Source: Planctomycetota bacterium
GTDB taxonomy: Bacteria; Planctomycetota; Phycisphaerae; Phycisphaerales; SM1A02
Length of the DNA: 64,000 bases
Direction: 5' to 3'
Assembly: GCA_039796075.1 (NCBI GenBank)
Contig: JBDKKN010000134.1
Span: forward strand, 9,484-73,483
Shown: positions 44,840 to 54,900 of the stretch, piece by piece
Layout: each line of letters opens with the position of its first letter
Position numbering within the stretch: position 1 is the stretch's first letter
Translations under genes and position numbers: made by a program
Notes under the pieces: generated by a model
Database searches by the model: none
Told to the model about the DNA's origin: nothing
The model's input: the letters and a program-made list of their open reading frames with translations, nothing else

Positions 44840-46630
44840 ATGCGATTCATCACGACGATGGGCACCGCCGCCCTCAGCATGACGGCTGCCACCCTTGCTC
44901 AGTCAACAACGATTAACGAGATTCGCACTGGAGCTGGTAACGCTGAATACATCGAAATCAAGGGTGCTCCCGGCGCTTCACTCGCCGGCCTCACCATCGT
45001 CGTCCTTGGCGACGGCACCAGTGACAACCCTACCTCCGTCCCTCCCGTCATCGGCACGAAGACCGGCGTCGTCGAGTGGCTCTATCGCTTTGCAGCGACT
45101 GATGTGATTGGATCGAACGGCTATCTGGTTCTGCACAACTCTGGAGCCAATCCAAACTACGCCACGAACGCTGTGCCTCCCGTTCCAGGTCCAGATCCAG
45201 CCACCGGCGCATTCCCGTTCACCATCGACCCAGCTGCAACGAATCTCCCGTGGGGCTACCAGACTCCAACCGGCAGCGCAGGCGACACGCAGCTCGAGTC
45301 ACCCGACAACATGACGTTCCTGCTTGTCTCTGACTTCACCGGCACCGACACCTTCCAGACGCGCGCACCGAACAGCGGCTCTGGCGGACAAGATCTTGAC
45401 ACCAACGATGACGGCGTCCTTGACATCACTCCATGGTCCGCCATCTTGGACAGCGTTGCGTTTAAGGAAACCAACGGCGCCGTTCCACTGGCTGGCCAGG
45501 ACTGGTGGTACAGCCCCACCACCTGCGGGCCGTACATTACGCGCAACGTCGTCACCGCCACCAGCGGCACCGTGATTGCAGGTTGGGACTACCAGACGAC
45601 TACCAATACCAACGGTGGCACGGCTGTTCTTGCGGCGCCCGCAACACCAAAGACATTCAAGTCAAATGCCGGTGTCGGCACCATGTACTTGGATGGGACG
45701 AACGGATCCAGTGACTGGCTACCTACGGAACTCACTGGCTTTGGCGGCACGGGCATCAATGCCACGGGAACCGCAGCGGGTGGCAACGGTCTCGATCCAG
45801 TTGCAACTGGAATCACCTCGCTGGCACTGGTGAACAACACGGCGAATGGCAAGGCGGGGACTTTCAAGTTCTCCATGACAGGGTTACAAGGTGTGACGCT
45901 CAGTTACGCCACTCGTGGGACATCATCAGGCTTTACAACTCAGCAGTGGGCTTGGAGCAATGACGCCACCACTTGGACCGACATCGAGGCCGTCGGATCG
46001 ATCACAACGAACTTTGCACTGAAATCACTTGCGTCGCTCACCGCGCTTGATGGTGCAACAGAGGCGTATCTTCGCGTTACGTTCTCTGGCTCAACTGGGT
46101 CCTCGGGTAACAACCGCTTGGACAACGTGCTGCTTCTGTCCAATCCCGTGAACACGGACACCATCGTCACCAGCTACGCCGGCCCAGTCATGGGTATCAA
46201 GCAAGCAAACGGCACCTGGTTCATCGGTGTTGCTTCCACCACCGTCGGCCAACAGGACACACCGGGATCGCTGAACTACGCAGCACCCACTTACACCTGC
46301 GGCGACCCAACTGCTGGCGACTGCGCTGTTGCTCACGGTAACGCCTTCTGTGCTGACGCCTGCTGCTGCGCCTACGTTGGTGGCCTCGATCCCTACTGCG
46401 TCACGGTGCGGTGGGACGCCATCTGCGTGACGGCAGCCGCTGGATGCGCTGCCAACTGCTCGGGTGCTCCTTGCCCGGCTGACTTGAACGGCGACACCAT
46501 CGTCAACGGTGCCGACTTGGGGATCATGCTCGGCGACTGGGGCGGCTCCGAACGCGACCTCAACGGTGATGCCATCGTGAATGGCGCCGACTTGGGTCTC
46601 CTCCTCGGCGCTTGGGGCAACTGCCCCTGA
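44840..46630 (+). CDS. Secreted protein: lamin-tail-domain-like N-terminus, Thr/Gly-rich beta-rich middle, Cys-rich module, twin dockerin-like C-terminus
   Basis: Signal peptide MRFITTMGTAALSMTAATLAQS. INEIRTGAGNAEYIEIKGAPGASLAGLTIVVLGDG is LTD-like. The Cys-rich stretch is CGDPTAGDCAVAHGNAFCADACCCAYVGGLDPYCVTVRWDAICVTAAAGCAANCSGAPC. The C-terminus is DLNGDTIVNGADLGIMLGDWGG..RDLNGDAIVNGADLGLLLGAWGNCP. Confidence 0.75.
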   Translation: MRFITTMGTAALSMTAATLAQSTTINEIRTGAGNAEYIEIKGAPGASLAGLTIVVLGDGTSDNPTSVPPVIGTKTGVVEWLYRFAATDVIGSNGYLVLHNSGANPNYATNAVPPVPGPDPATGAFPFTIDPAATNLPWGYQTPTGSAGDTQLESPDNMTFLLVSDFTGTDTFQTRAPNSGSGGQDLDTNDDGVLDITPWSAILDSVAFKETNGAVPLAGQDWWYSPTTCGPYITRNVVTATSGTVIAGWDYQTTTNTNGGTAVLAAPATPKTFKSNAGVGTMYLDGTNGSSDWLPTELTGFGGTGINATGTAAGGNGLDPVATGITSLALVNNTANGKAGTFKFSMTGLQGVTLSYATRGTSSGFTTQQWAWSNDATTWTDIEAVGSITTNFALKSLASLTALDGATEAYLRVTFSGSTGSSGNNRLDNVLLLSNPVNTDTIVTSYAGPVMGIKQANGTWFIGVASTTVGQQDTPGSLNYAAPTYTCGDPTAGDCAVAHGNAFCADACCCAYVGGLDPYCVTVRWDAICVTAAAGCAANCSGAPCPADLNGDTIVNGADLGIMLGDWGGSERDLNGDAIVNGADLGLLLGAWGNCP

Positions 46631-46674
46631 CCGATGAACGCAGCCAACTGACGCTGCGCTGATTCCAACACTTC

Positions 46675-46713
46675 CCGCGGGCCTGGCCGAAATGCCAGGC
46701 CCGCGGTGTTTTT
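46675..46713 (+). terminator. Rho-independent terminator
   Basis: A perfect 13-bp stem, ccgcgggcctggc (46675-46687) / gccaggcccgcgg (46694-46706), with loop cgaaat, followed by tgttttt (46707-46713). Confidence 0.85.
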
Positions 46714-46803
46714 GCGGCGACCGTCCCCCGCATACCCGTCCGTACCTGCTGCAGTACCGCCCCACTACATACCGACATGCCCGCGCATCCCTAAACTCCG
46801 CGG

Positions 46804-47637
46804 ATGCCGATCGCTGCGTTCGCCCCCGTCTCCGCGCTTGGATCTCGCGTTCACGACGCGATTGGACGGTTCGGGTTGTTCGTGCGCTTCTCCGGGCAAG
46901 CACTCGGCGCCCTGATTCGATCACCGCGCGCCACGCTGCGCTGGCGAGAACTGGCTCCGCTACTCCTGGAAGTTGGCACCGCTTCGATACCTGTGGTGGC
47001 ACTCACGGGACTCATGGTGGGACTGATCCTTTCCATTGAGGGCTACACGCAGTTTGCAGCGATCGGCGCCGAGCGACGCATGGGCGGCATCATCAACGCG
47101 AATGTGGTGAAGCAGATTGGGCCCGTGCTGGCCGCCGTGATGGTGGCGGGTCGAGTCGGCGGCGCCATTGCCGCCGAGATCGGCGCAATGCGCATCTCCG
47201 AGCAACTTGATGCCATGCGCGCAGCCGGAGCAAATCCGGTGGCGCGACTCGTTGGACCACGCGTGGTGGCATGCATGGTGATGACGCCCATCCTCACCGT
47301 GTACAGCGACGCCTTGGGCGCGTTCGGCGCGTGGGCGGTGTTGACACAGGTCTACGGCGTACCTAGCACTGAATACTGGCACTACACATCCCTGTTCTTA
47401 GTGACGCTTGATCCATTGAACGGACTGCTGAAGGCGGCGTGCTTCGGCGGAGCGATCGGGCTGATCTCCTGCTACAAGGGTTTTTCGTGTGCCCCGGGGG
47501 CCGCAGGTGTGGGGCGCGCAGCCACCAGCGCGTTTGTGGCAAGTTTCGTAGCGATTGTGGCAATCAACCTCCTGCTGGTGGAATTTATGAACGCGCTGAC
47601 GGTGTGGATCTATGGTGGTCTGCCGCGCGTGTTGTAA
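46804..47637 (+). CDS. mlaE: MlaE-family ABC transporter permease
   Basis: IPVVALTGLMVGLILSIEGYTQF..., VVKQIGPVLAAVMVAGRVGGAIAAEIGAMRISEQLDAMRAAGANPV and TPILTVYSDALGAFGAW. This is the typical MlaE/Ttg2B signature (EIGxMxxxEQIDAL type). Confidence 0.85.
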   Translation: MPIAAFAPVSALGSRVHDAIGRFGLFVRFSGQALGALIRSPRATLRWRELAPLLLEVGTASIPVVALTGLMVGLILSIEGYTQFAAIGAERRMGGIINANVVKQIGPVLAAVMVAGRVGGAIAAEIGAMRISEQLDAMRAAGANPVARLVGPRVVACMVMTPILTVYSDALGAFGAWAVLTQVYGVPSTEYWHYTSLFLVTLDPLNGLLKAACFGGAIGLISCYKGFSCAPGAAGVGRAATSAFVASFVAIVAINLLLVEFMNALTVWIYGGLPRVL

Positions 47638-47700
47638 GAGTTGCCATCGATTGGGAAGTTGTTGGCGTTTGGTTGTAAGCGCGGCGCGTATCGTGATCAC

Positions 47701-48936
47701 ATGCTCATCGGTGCCGCCATTGCCGCTCTGCTGATCGCGCCGCCCGCGAAGGCACCAGCCAGTACCACTGCGCCGGCAACGGCACCGGCCGCAGCACCGC
47801 CAACGCCTCCAGCTGCGCCGCCCGCGCAACCCAGCGCCGCGACGTTCACCACCATTTCTGGTCGTCCGCCCGAGCTGCCACTCAAGCGCGTCGACCCGCG
47901 CATATGGGAAGCACGGTTCGATGCAAGCTTGTGGGCACCCAGCCTGCGCAAGGGCGACACCGTCACCCTGCAACTGAGCAACATCATGGTGTGGCTGCCG
48001 GTGGTGTTGCAATCCACATGGAGCCAAGTGGACCCCACCAGCATCAAGACAGAAATCTGGGTGCAAGGCGCCAAGCACAAGGCAGCCGCGGAACGCACAT
48101 CATTTCGGCAAGGGCTGGCACAAGGGATGGCCGCCGTGGGAATTTCCATTCCGGACACGCAGGGCCAGAGCCTGAAGTGGAATGTCACCTGGATCGAGCA
48201 GTGCTGGTCGTCGGTGGTGGATGAGCAAGCAGCCGCACGTATCACTTGGCCTGCGGAGTGGCCCGCCGAAGTGCAAGAGAGTTTGAAGCCGCAACCGGGG
48301 ATCGAAAGCGGTCACGAGGACTTCAAGAAGTTTGTGGACAAGGTCACCGGCGGCAACCTGCGCAGCGTGACTCCGTGGATCGCTGCCAAGGAACTGGTGC
48401 GTGCCACCATGCAGGCATACACGGCAGTGGATGCGGACGGAATGCGCATTGAGAATGGGTTCCCGCGCGGACTGATTGTTGATGGCGCGTGGGCCTCGAT
48501 GAAGTCCGGCACCGGTAGTTCCCATGATGTGGCGGCCGCCTGCGTGGCCGTGCTGCGCACCGCTGGGATTCCGGCGCGCGTGGTGCTGGGTATGACGGAA
48601 CTGCAGAGCTCCAGCGGCGGCGCGGCGCGATCGCGCTTGGTGACCTGGTGCGAGTTCTTCCTGCCCGGCGCGGGCTGGGTTCCGTTTAACCCCAACGATC
48701 TGCGTGGCGGGATCCGTGGCGGCCTCTCGGTCGAGCGCCCGTGGCCGTCATTTGGCACCTGGGACGAGCTGAACGAGTTCCTGCCCATCTGCTACGGCTT
48801 TTCGGCACCGATCCCCGGAGCGAGCAGCATGCCCTACCCGGCTGGCTACGTGTGGACGGCGCACGGGACGATCGACATGAGTACGGCGAGCGATACGGTG
48901 ACGCTGCAGATCCTCGGCCGGGGGCGGCCGAAGTAA
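47701..48936 (+). CDS. Exported transglutaminase-like-fold protein, catalytic Cys/His apparently substituted
   Basis: Start ATG 47701 gives MLIGAAIAALLIAPPAKA followed by an Ala/Pro-rich linker. The C-terminal core is GTGSSHDVAAACVAVLRTAGIPARVVLG...LVTWCEFFLPGAGWVPFNPND. It parallels the transglutaminase core G.C.DFA..fVALLRA.GIPAR.V.GY...HAW.EVYLPG.GW..FDPT, with Ser in place of Cys and Val in place of His. Confidence 0.55.
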   Translation: MLIGAAIAALLIAPPAKAPASTTAPATAPAAAPPTPPAAPPAQPSAATFTTISGRPPELPLKRVDPRIWEARFDASLWAPSLRKGDTVTLQLSNIMVWLPVVLQSTWSQVDPTSIKTEIWVQGAKHKAAAERTSFRQGLAQGMAAVGISIPDTQGQSLKWNVTWIEQCWSSVVDEQAAARITWPAEWPAEVQESLKPQPGIESGHEDFKKFVDKVTGGNLRSVTPWIAAKELVRATMQAYTAVDADGMRIENGFPRGLIVDGAWASMKSGTGSSHDVAAACVAVLRTAGIPARVVLGMTELQSSSGGAARSRLVTWCEFFLPGAGWVPFNPNDLRGGIRGGLSVERPWPSFGTWDELNEFLPICYGFSAPIPGASSMPYPAGYVWTAHGTIDMSTASDTVTLQILGRGRPK

Positions 48937-48968
48937 CGACGGGGGTTGTTGTATCGCGCCAGTATTGA

Positions 48969-51900
48969 CTAGTTCGGGACCTTCACGAAACTCACGATGC
49001 GGGGTTGCTCGCCGGGGCGGTCGACGGATGAACGGTCGATGGTCATCATGTAACGGGAGTCATCCACAATCGACTCTGGGTCGGTGCCGTTCCATTGACC
49101 GGTGAGCGTGTCCTGCTTGATGGTGCGAATCCGCAGCCAAATGGTGAAGACATCGCTGCGCGTGGTGACGATGTTGGAAATACCGCGCAGCATCTGGTTC
49201 TGCTCAACGGCATCGCCTGAGGTCATGTCGTAGTGATAGGCCTTGCTTTCGACGAACTGTGTGCCCAACGAGTCGTTGGAAGGGTCATTGATTTCATTGG
49301 CGATCGTGTTTCGATCATCCGTGGCGGTTACCAACAAGTGCTTGTCGATGGCGGTTCGACCAGTGAGGGGATAGACCTGCGCTTGGCCCGCGGTGAGCGT
49401 TTGCGGAATGCCCTCGGTGCGGTACGCCAATGCTGTACCGCCGACCGATTGCGGACCGGAGCCAACGGATGAACCGCGGCCGGCGCCCCAGGATGGATCG
49501 TCCCACTTGGTTCGGTACGGATCAGTACCCGCGAAGCGGATCGACCAGCCTTCGGCTTGGTTCCAACTTGAACCAACCAACGCTGCAGCGTCAGCACTGT
49601 CTGCCACGTTGTTGCGGTTCACGTCGGCAACCTTGCCCTTGGCGATGTCTTGCACGTCGGGCGTACCGTTGCCGTCGGCATCGCTTGCGGCCGTAGGCGC
49701 AAACTCCGCGCCCTTGGTCAGCACTGCCAACTCACCGATACTGTCAAAGCCACGCTCGCTGCGCGTACCCGGCGCCCACTCGCGGTGGTTGGACGCATCC
49801 GGGAAATCAAGACCGCGGCTGTAGTAGCTCGGCATGTTCTGGAACAAGTTGTTGCTCAAGTCCGGAAGCACATTGCCCTTGTTGCGCCACAGTTCCATTG
49901 CCTCCGCCACGCGAACGCGCGGGGCTGCCACGCCGTAATCAAAGAGAATGGAATTCGGATTGCCCGGGCCAGGGTTCCCGCCGCCCATGTCGTACGGGGC
50001 GGCTTGCCACGCCAGTGGATCGCGTACTAAGCGACGCTTACTCAGTGCAGAACTGGCTGCATTGAGCGTGGCAGGATCGGAATCGGCAGTCTTCGTGATT
50101 GGGAAGTCATCGTCATAGACCAGGCGCATCATCTGCGGCATGGCGTGCAACACCTCAATGGGTGCGGTATTGATATTGATGAGTCCAGGCGTGAGCTTGC
50201 CTTCAAAGTTGCGAGCCAACCGCAGGCGTCGGTTCTCGGCGGTGGCGCGCTCATTGAAATCGATCACATTATCGGGGGCAGTAGTTGCAGTCCACGCGTC
50301 AAACGGTGCCGCACCACGATCATCAACAACGAATGCGTCCAGCAACGCTGCACCACCCGGCAGACGAGCGTTGAAGCCGATGCCGTTCTGTTGCGGAGGG
50401 GTCGTCGCGGTAATCGCACCCTCAATCGTCGGCGGCATAGTCTGAATGCCACTCAAGAGCGTTGGTCGACCGCCCGTTGGTGCAACGGTGTCGTATTGCG
50501 CCGGCTCAAGTTGCAGGCGGTTGTAGTGCTCCTGGTCCGAACCGTAACTAAGAACGCCGGTTGAAGTTGCAGGCTTGGGGAACTTGGGGAAGTACAGGTC
50601 AGCGGTCGAGTCCTGCGGCTGCGCAAGAATCTCCGCCAGCGTGGCGTAAGCACGGCCACTACCGGTGCGCTGCACCAGCGTGCCCCACAATGGAACATCC
50701 AAGATTTCCGCCGCCTGATCAAAGTCCGCATCCTTCTGGAAGAGACGGTAAGGCGCAGTGAAATTGCTGGGGTCGGCACCGTTGACGAACTTGCGATCAG
50801 AGACGCCCTTCTCGCCGTAGTTAAGTGTCATACCCGTTGGCGGCGTGGCGTTTGCCAGGAGCCACGCGGGGTACTTGTAGGTGCGCGTTTGGGTGCTTTC
50901 GGGAATGCGGGTCGGGAAGAAGGTCGGCTTGCCGCGCTTCAGTTCGCCCCAAATGTTGTGGTAGAGCGAAGAGATCCACAGGCTCTGCGGAGAGCCGGTC
51001 GCATCACCGTCGGGCAAGCTGGTGGCATTGGCAATGATCTCGCCCTTGCGGCCAACGCCCTCTTGCGTGCCACCAACATAGGTCTCACGACCCACGGACC
51101 CGCCATTGGGTGAACTGGATGCCATGACGCCGGTGGTACGCGCAAACGCGTAGCGCGGCGTGCGTTCATCCATGGTGATGACCCCAACACCGGGAGGTGC
51201 AGGCGTAATGCCGGCCTGTGTATCAAACAACCACTGCCGCGAGCCACGCGCCCAAGTGGTGAAGAAATCGCCAGTCTGCATGCGAATGCCGTCAATCGCC
51301 AGACTGCCCGAGCGACACACGATGGCTGGTGGCGGCGGGAGCGAGCCTCCAGAACCATCGATGTAGAGGCGATTGATCAAGTCCGTGACGCGCTGACCAG
51401 TCTGGCCATCAAGCGTTGGATCCAACTCATTCTCAAAGCGATCGACCACCGTCCAACTTGGCGTACCGCCGTTTGACGGATAGATGGCGCGGCGCAACTC
51501 AATGTAGGAATTTGTTGGCGGAGCACCACCCACTGAAGGTGATGGCTTCCAACGGTTCATGTCGCCACTGACATCAAGTCCAGCGAACACCGTAGGGGCG
51601 GTGGTTCGAGTGGCGTCAAAGTACAGCGTTCCGCCACGACGGTTGGCGTCGAAGTACTGCGTGCCGGTAGCGGATGATCCGCCCCACGCTGGCGAGAAGA
51701 TGGCGTTGATGTCCGGCTTGAAGAATTGACCAGGCTTGATATCGTTGGATGGATCGGCCTCGGTGGTGGTGATCGTTCCATCGCCGTCGGTGTCGATCGA
51801 CGCGCCGATATCGAGGAAGTCGAGCCATGCATCGCGCGGGAACGCGTCGCCGTTTGGGAACTTTTCTGGAAGGCTGAACACCAGCGCCGTACGCGGCTCC

Positions 51901-54900
51901 TCTGGCGTGCAGGGTCCAAGTTCCACATCCGGGCCGTAGGTGTTGCCACTACGACTTCCAGTCGGACCCGGAAGTCCGAAGAAGAATCGCTGCGGTGAGC
52001 CCGAAGCAGGATTGATGCGCAGCTCAAAATCCGCCAAGTTCACTGGCTCGTTGAACGGATTAGCAATCTGCGCAACAAACACCACTGCTGGCCAGGTGGC
52101 CGGATTGGCGGGGTCATACACCACGAAGTGCTCCCCGGCGCCGTTTGCAGTGCAACTTGGCAGCGCGAACGGATCGCTTGCATTCAGTGAGCAATTGTCA
52201 GGATCGGGGCAGCCCGGCAACGGATTGCCACCCGGAGGCCCCAGCACGGCATCAAGTTCAGCTTGGGTGACCTTGGACTTTGGATAGACGAAGGCGAGGA
52301 AGACTTCCTGAATGAAGGGCTGCTTCTCAACGCCAATGAAACCTCCATCGGTGATTCCGCTGGTGCCGAGCGCATCGGTTGGAACTGCAATCGCCTCAGT
52401 CGGATGCAACGGCTGATCGAGGTACATGGTGTTGGTGATACGACGCTTGCCGTCGCGATAGCACAACACGTTCGCCGAGAAGCTGGCGATCATCATCTTG
52501 GTGGCGGCCAACGACGCATTGGCATCAGTAGAGTTCTGACCAGGTCGACCGAGGTAACTCTGGCGAGTGCCTTCATCAATGAGCGCGCGGCGCATGACGC
52601 GTTGAAGGTCGAAATCAAACTTGCGATCCGCCTGCGTGATCTGCGTTGGAGTAGCGGCGACGCCCACGGTCGGCACGTCATTCGGGCGGCGTAAGTCAAT
52701 CTTGCGATTGTCCGTCAGGAAGCGCTGGCGCCCGCGTTCGAAGTCCTCAACATCCGCAACGCCGTCACCGTTGGCATCACGAATGGCAATCCCAAAGCCA
52801 CTGGAGGCAGCGGGAATCAACCCGGCTGCTGGGAACATGATGTTTGGGTGGTACGGCGCCAAGTCATCGGCCGTGGTCACTGCGCCGTCGCCGGTGACGT
52901 CGTCGGGGTTACCGTCCAAGTCAAAGTCCACGCCACGCTTCAGATAGGCAGGACGAACGCGCAAGGAATTACCAACAAAGTTCGTGTCAGGCGTACCAGC
53001 TGCCTGCAGGCTGTGGTCAACCACCGTCCACAGTCGCGGCGGCAACATCTCGTTGCGTGCACCGGAAATGGTAGTCATCATGCGCCGGTGGTCAAGCAAC
53101 AACTCTGCCCCACCGCGCGGCGCGAACGCGGCGCCCGTGCTCCATGCCGCCCGCGCGCGCCAGTCTTGAACGCGAACATCGTCCGGGTCAAAGAACCGCG
53201 CTGACTCCTCACGCGAACGCGTAGAGCGGAGGAATTCGCCAAACAGAATGTCGGTGGAGTACATCGATGCCGAACTATTCAAGGCATTCTCAATGCGGCT
53301 GACCGTCTGCGGACTGTTTTGCCCACTTGCGGCGCGCAACTCAATTTCATCGTCCGAGCCAAACGGGCTCAGGGTGACCAAGCGAGTAGCGGTGACCGGG
53401 TCAACCAGTTCGCCGCCGTTGGCCATGGCCTTGAAGTAACTCAGACGATCGGCCGCGCGCGAAAGGACGAAGGAGTCGCCGTACACCGCCGACGATCCAG
53501 TCAGACCAAAGTCCGCGGATGGATCAAAGAACGGAACCACGCTGTTGACGTTGCCAGCGGTGCCTTCTTGGGTCATACCGATGTCCCGCAGGAAACCGGT
53601 CTGGTAGGGATCGGCGGTGTTGCCACCCGCCGCTGCCAACTGCGTGCGCCGACCTTCCCAACGTTCCGGTGCCCAACCAACATCCACGCCGCCGGTTGGG
53701 CCAGCGGCATTGCTGGCTACGGCGTAGACCAGTTTGGCAGCGGTCTGCGAAGGCTGCGCCGCTGGCGCTGGAAGCAGCGTCTTGAAACTAAAGTTCACCC
53801 GGTATTCCGGGTCATTCTCCCGTGCATTGAAGAATCCAACGATGGGGTCACGGAAGCCCGCCGTGTTTCCGACTGTGCTTGTTTCGTCGTACGAATCACG
53901 GCGCGTGACCAGTGCCACGTCAGACGGCGTCAACCCATTGGTGCTCGCACGGTCCGACCGTGTGGCTGTGTTGACGTTGATGAGCGCGCTGTTATCCATG
54001 ATGCGCACCGCAATCAGCTGTCGAGTGCTGCGATCACTGGAACTGGGCGCTACAAACCAGAATGAATCCGTCCAGCCATCGCCGTCGGCGTCGGCAAGCG
54101 TGCGTCCAATCAGGTTGCGTGATGTTGGCACGTACGCCGTGCCGGAAAGAATCTGCTTGAACTCGTCTGATGGATCGCCAAACGCGCCAAGTTGCAGGAA
54201 GTTGGGGAGTGCGTCGAGACGGCGAATGGGCGTACTCACACCCGTGCCGTTCACCCCTTTGATCATCTGCGCGTGCGGTGGAACCGTGTTGAAATTAGTG
54301 ATGCCGACGTTGAACCATTGGCTGACGCGGTTCTGCCAGTCGGTGCTGTCAAGCACCAAGTATCCGCGTGCATCCTTGCCGGTGACCAACGGCTCGCGCG
54401 GCGCCACATACGGCAGCCACTGCTCATAGGGCGTACCCAGATTGAGTTCCCCTGCCGCCCAACGGTCGGCGGCAGCGGGAGTTGCGGCGGGAACCATGTG
54501 ATCCCAGTTCGATTCAACGTTGGAGATATTCCAGCACAAACGGAAACCGTTCTCTGCCGTTGGAATCCAACTCATGTGCGGCCAGTGACTGAAGCCCAAT
54601 CCTTCCGGCGAGAGAATCGGCGCGCCGTTGGAGAGCGCCAAGTTGCCCCAGTTGGCGTTGAACGGCAGCGGAACCTGTGTGTTCGGCGGCGCGGGCGCCA
54701 CGGGATTCTGCAACTGCGTGAGGAGCATGGCGCGCACCGGCTCCGTGCTTGCCAACCAACGCGTATCGCCAAAGCCGGGGTTCCCGATCGGATTACCTTC
54801 ACCGGTAATGTCGCCGTACCGCGCGGGCCAGTTGGTGAATGGGTTCACAGAGAACGGCGCAAAGTTGTAGCCGTCCAGGTAACCGTCACCACCGGCCACT

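Noticed and set aside
46091-47002. 303-aa minus-strand ORF
   Set aside because: It runs through the 3' end of the LTD/dockerin gene, straight across a strong plus-strand terminator hairpin, and into the 5' end of mlaE. It has no recognisable domain.
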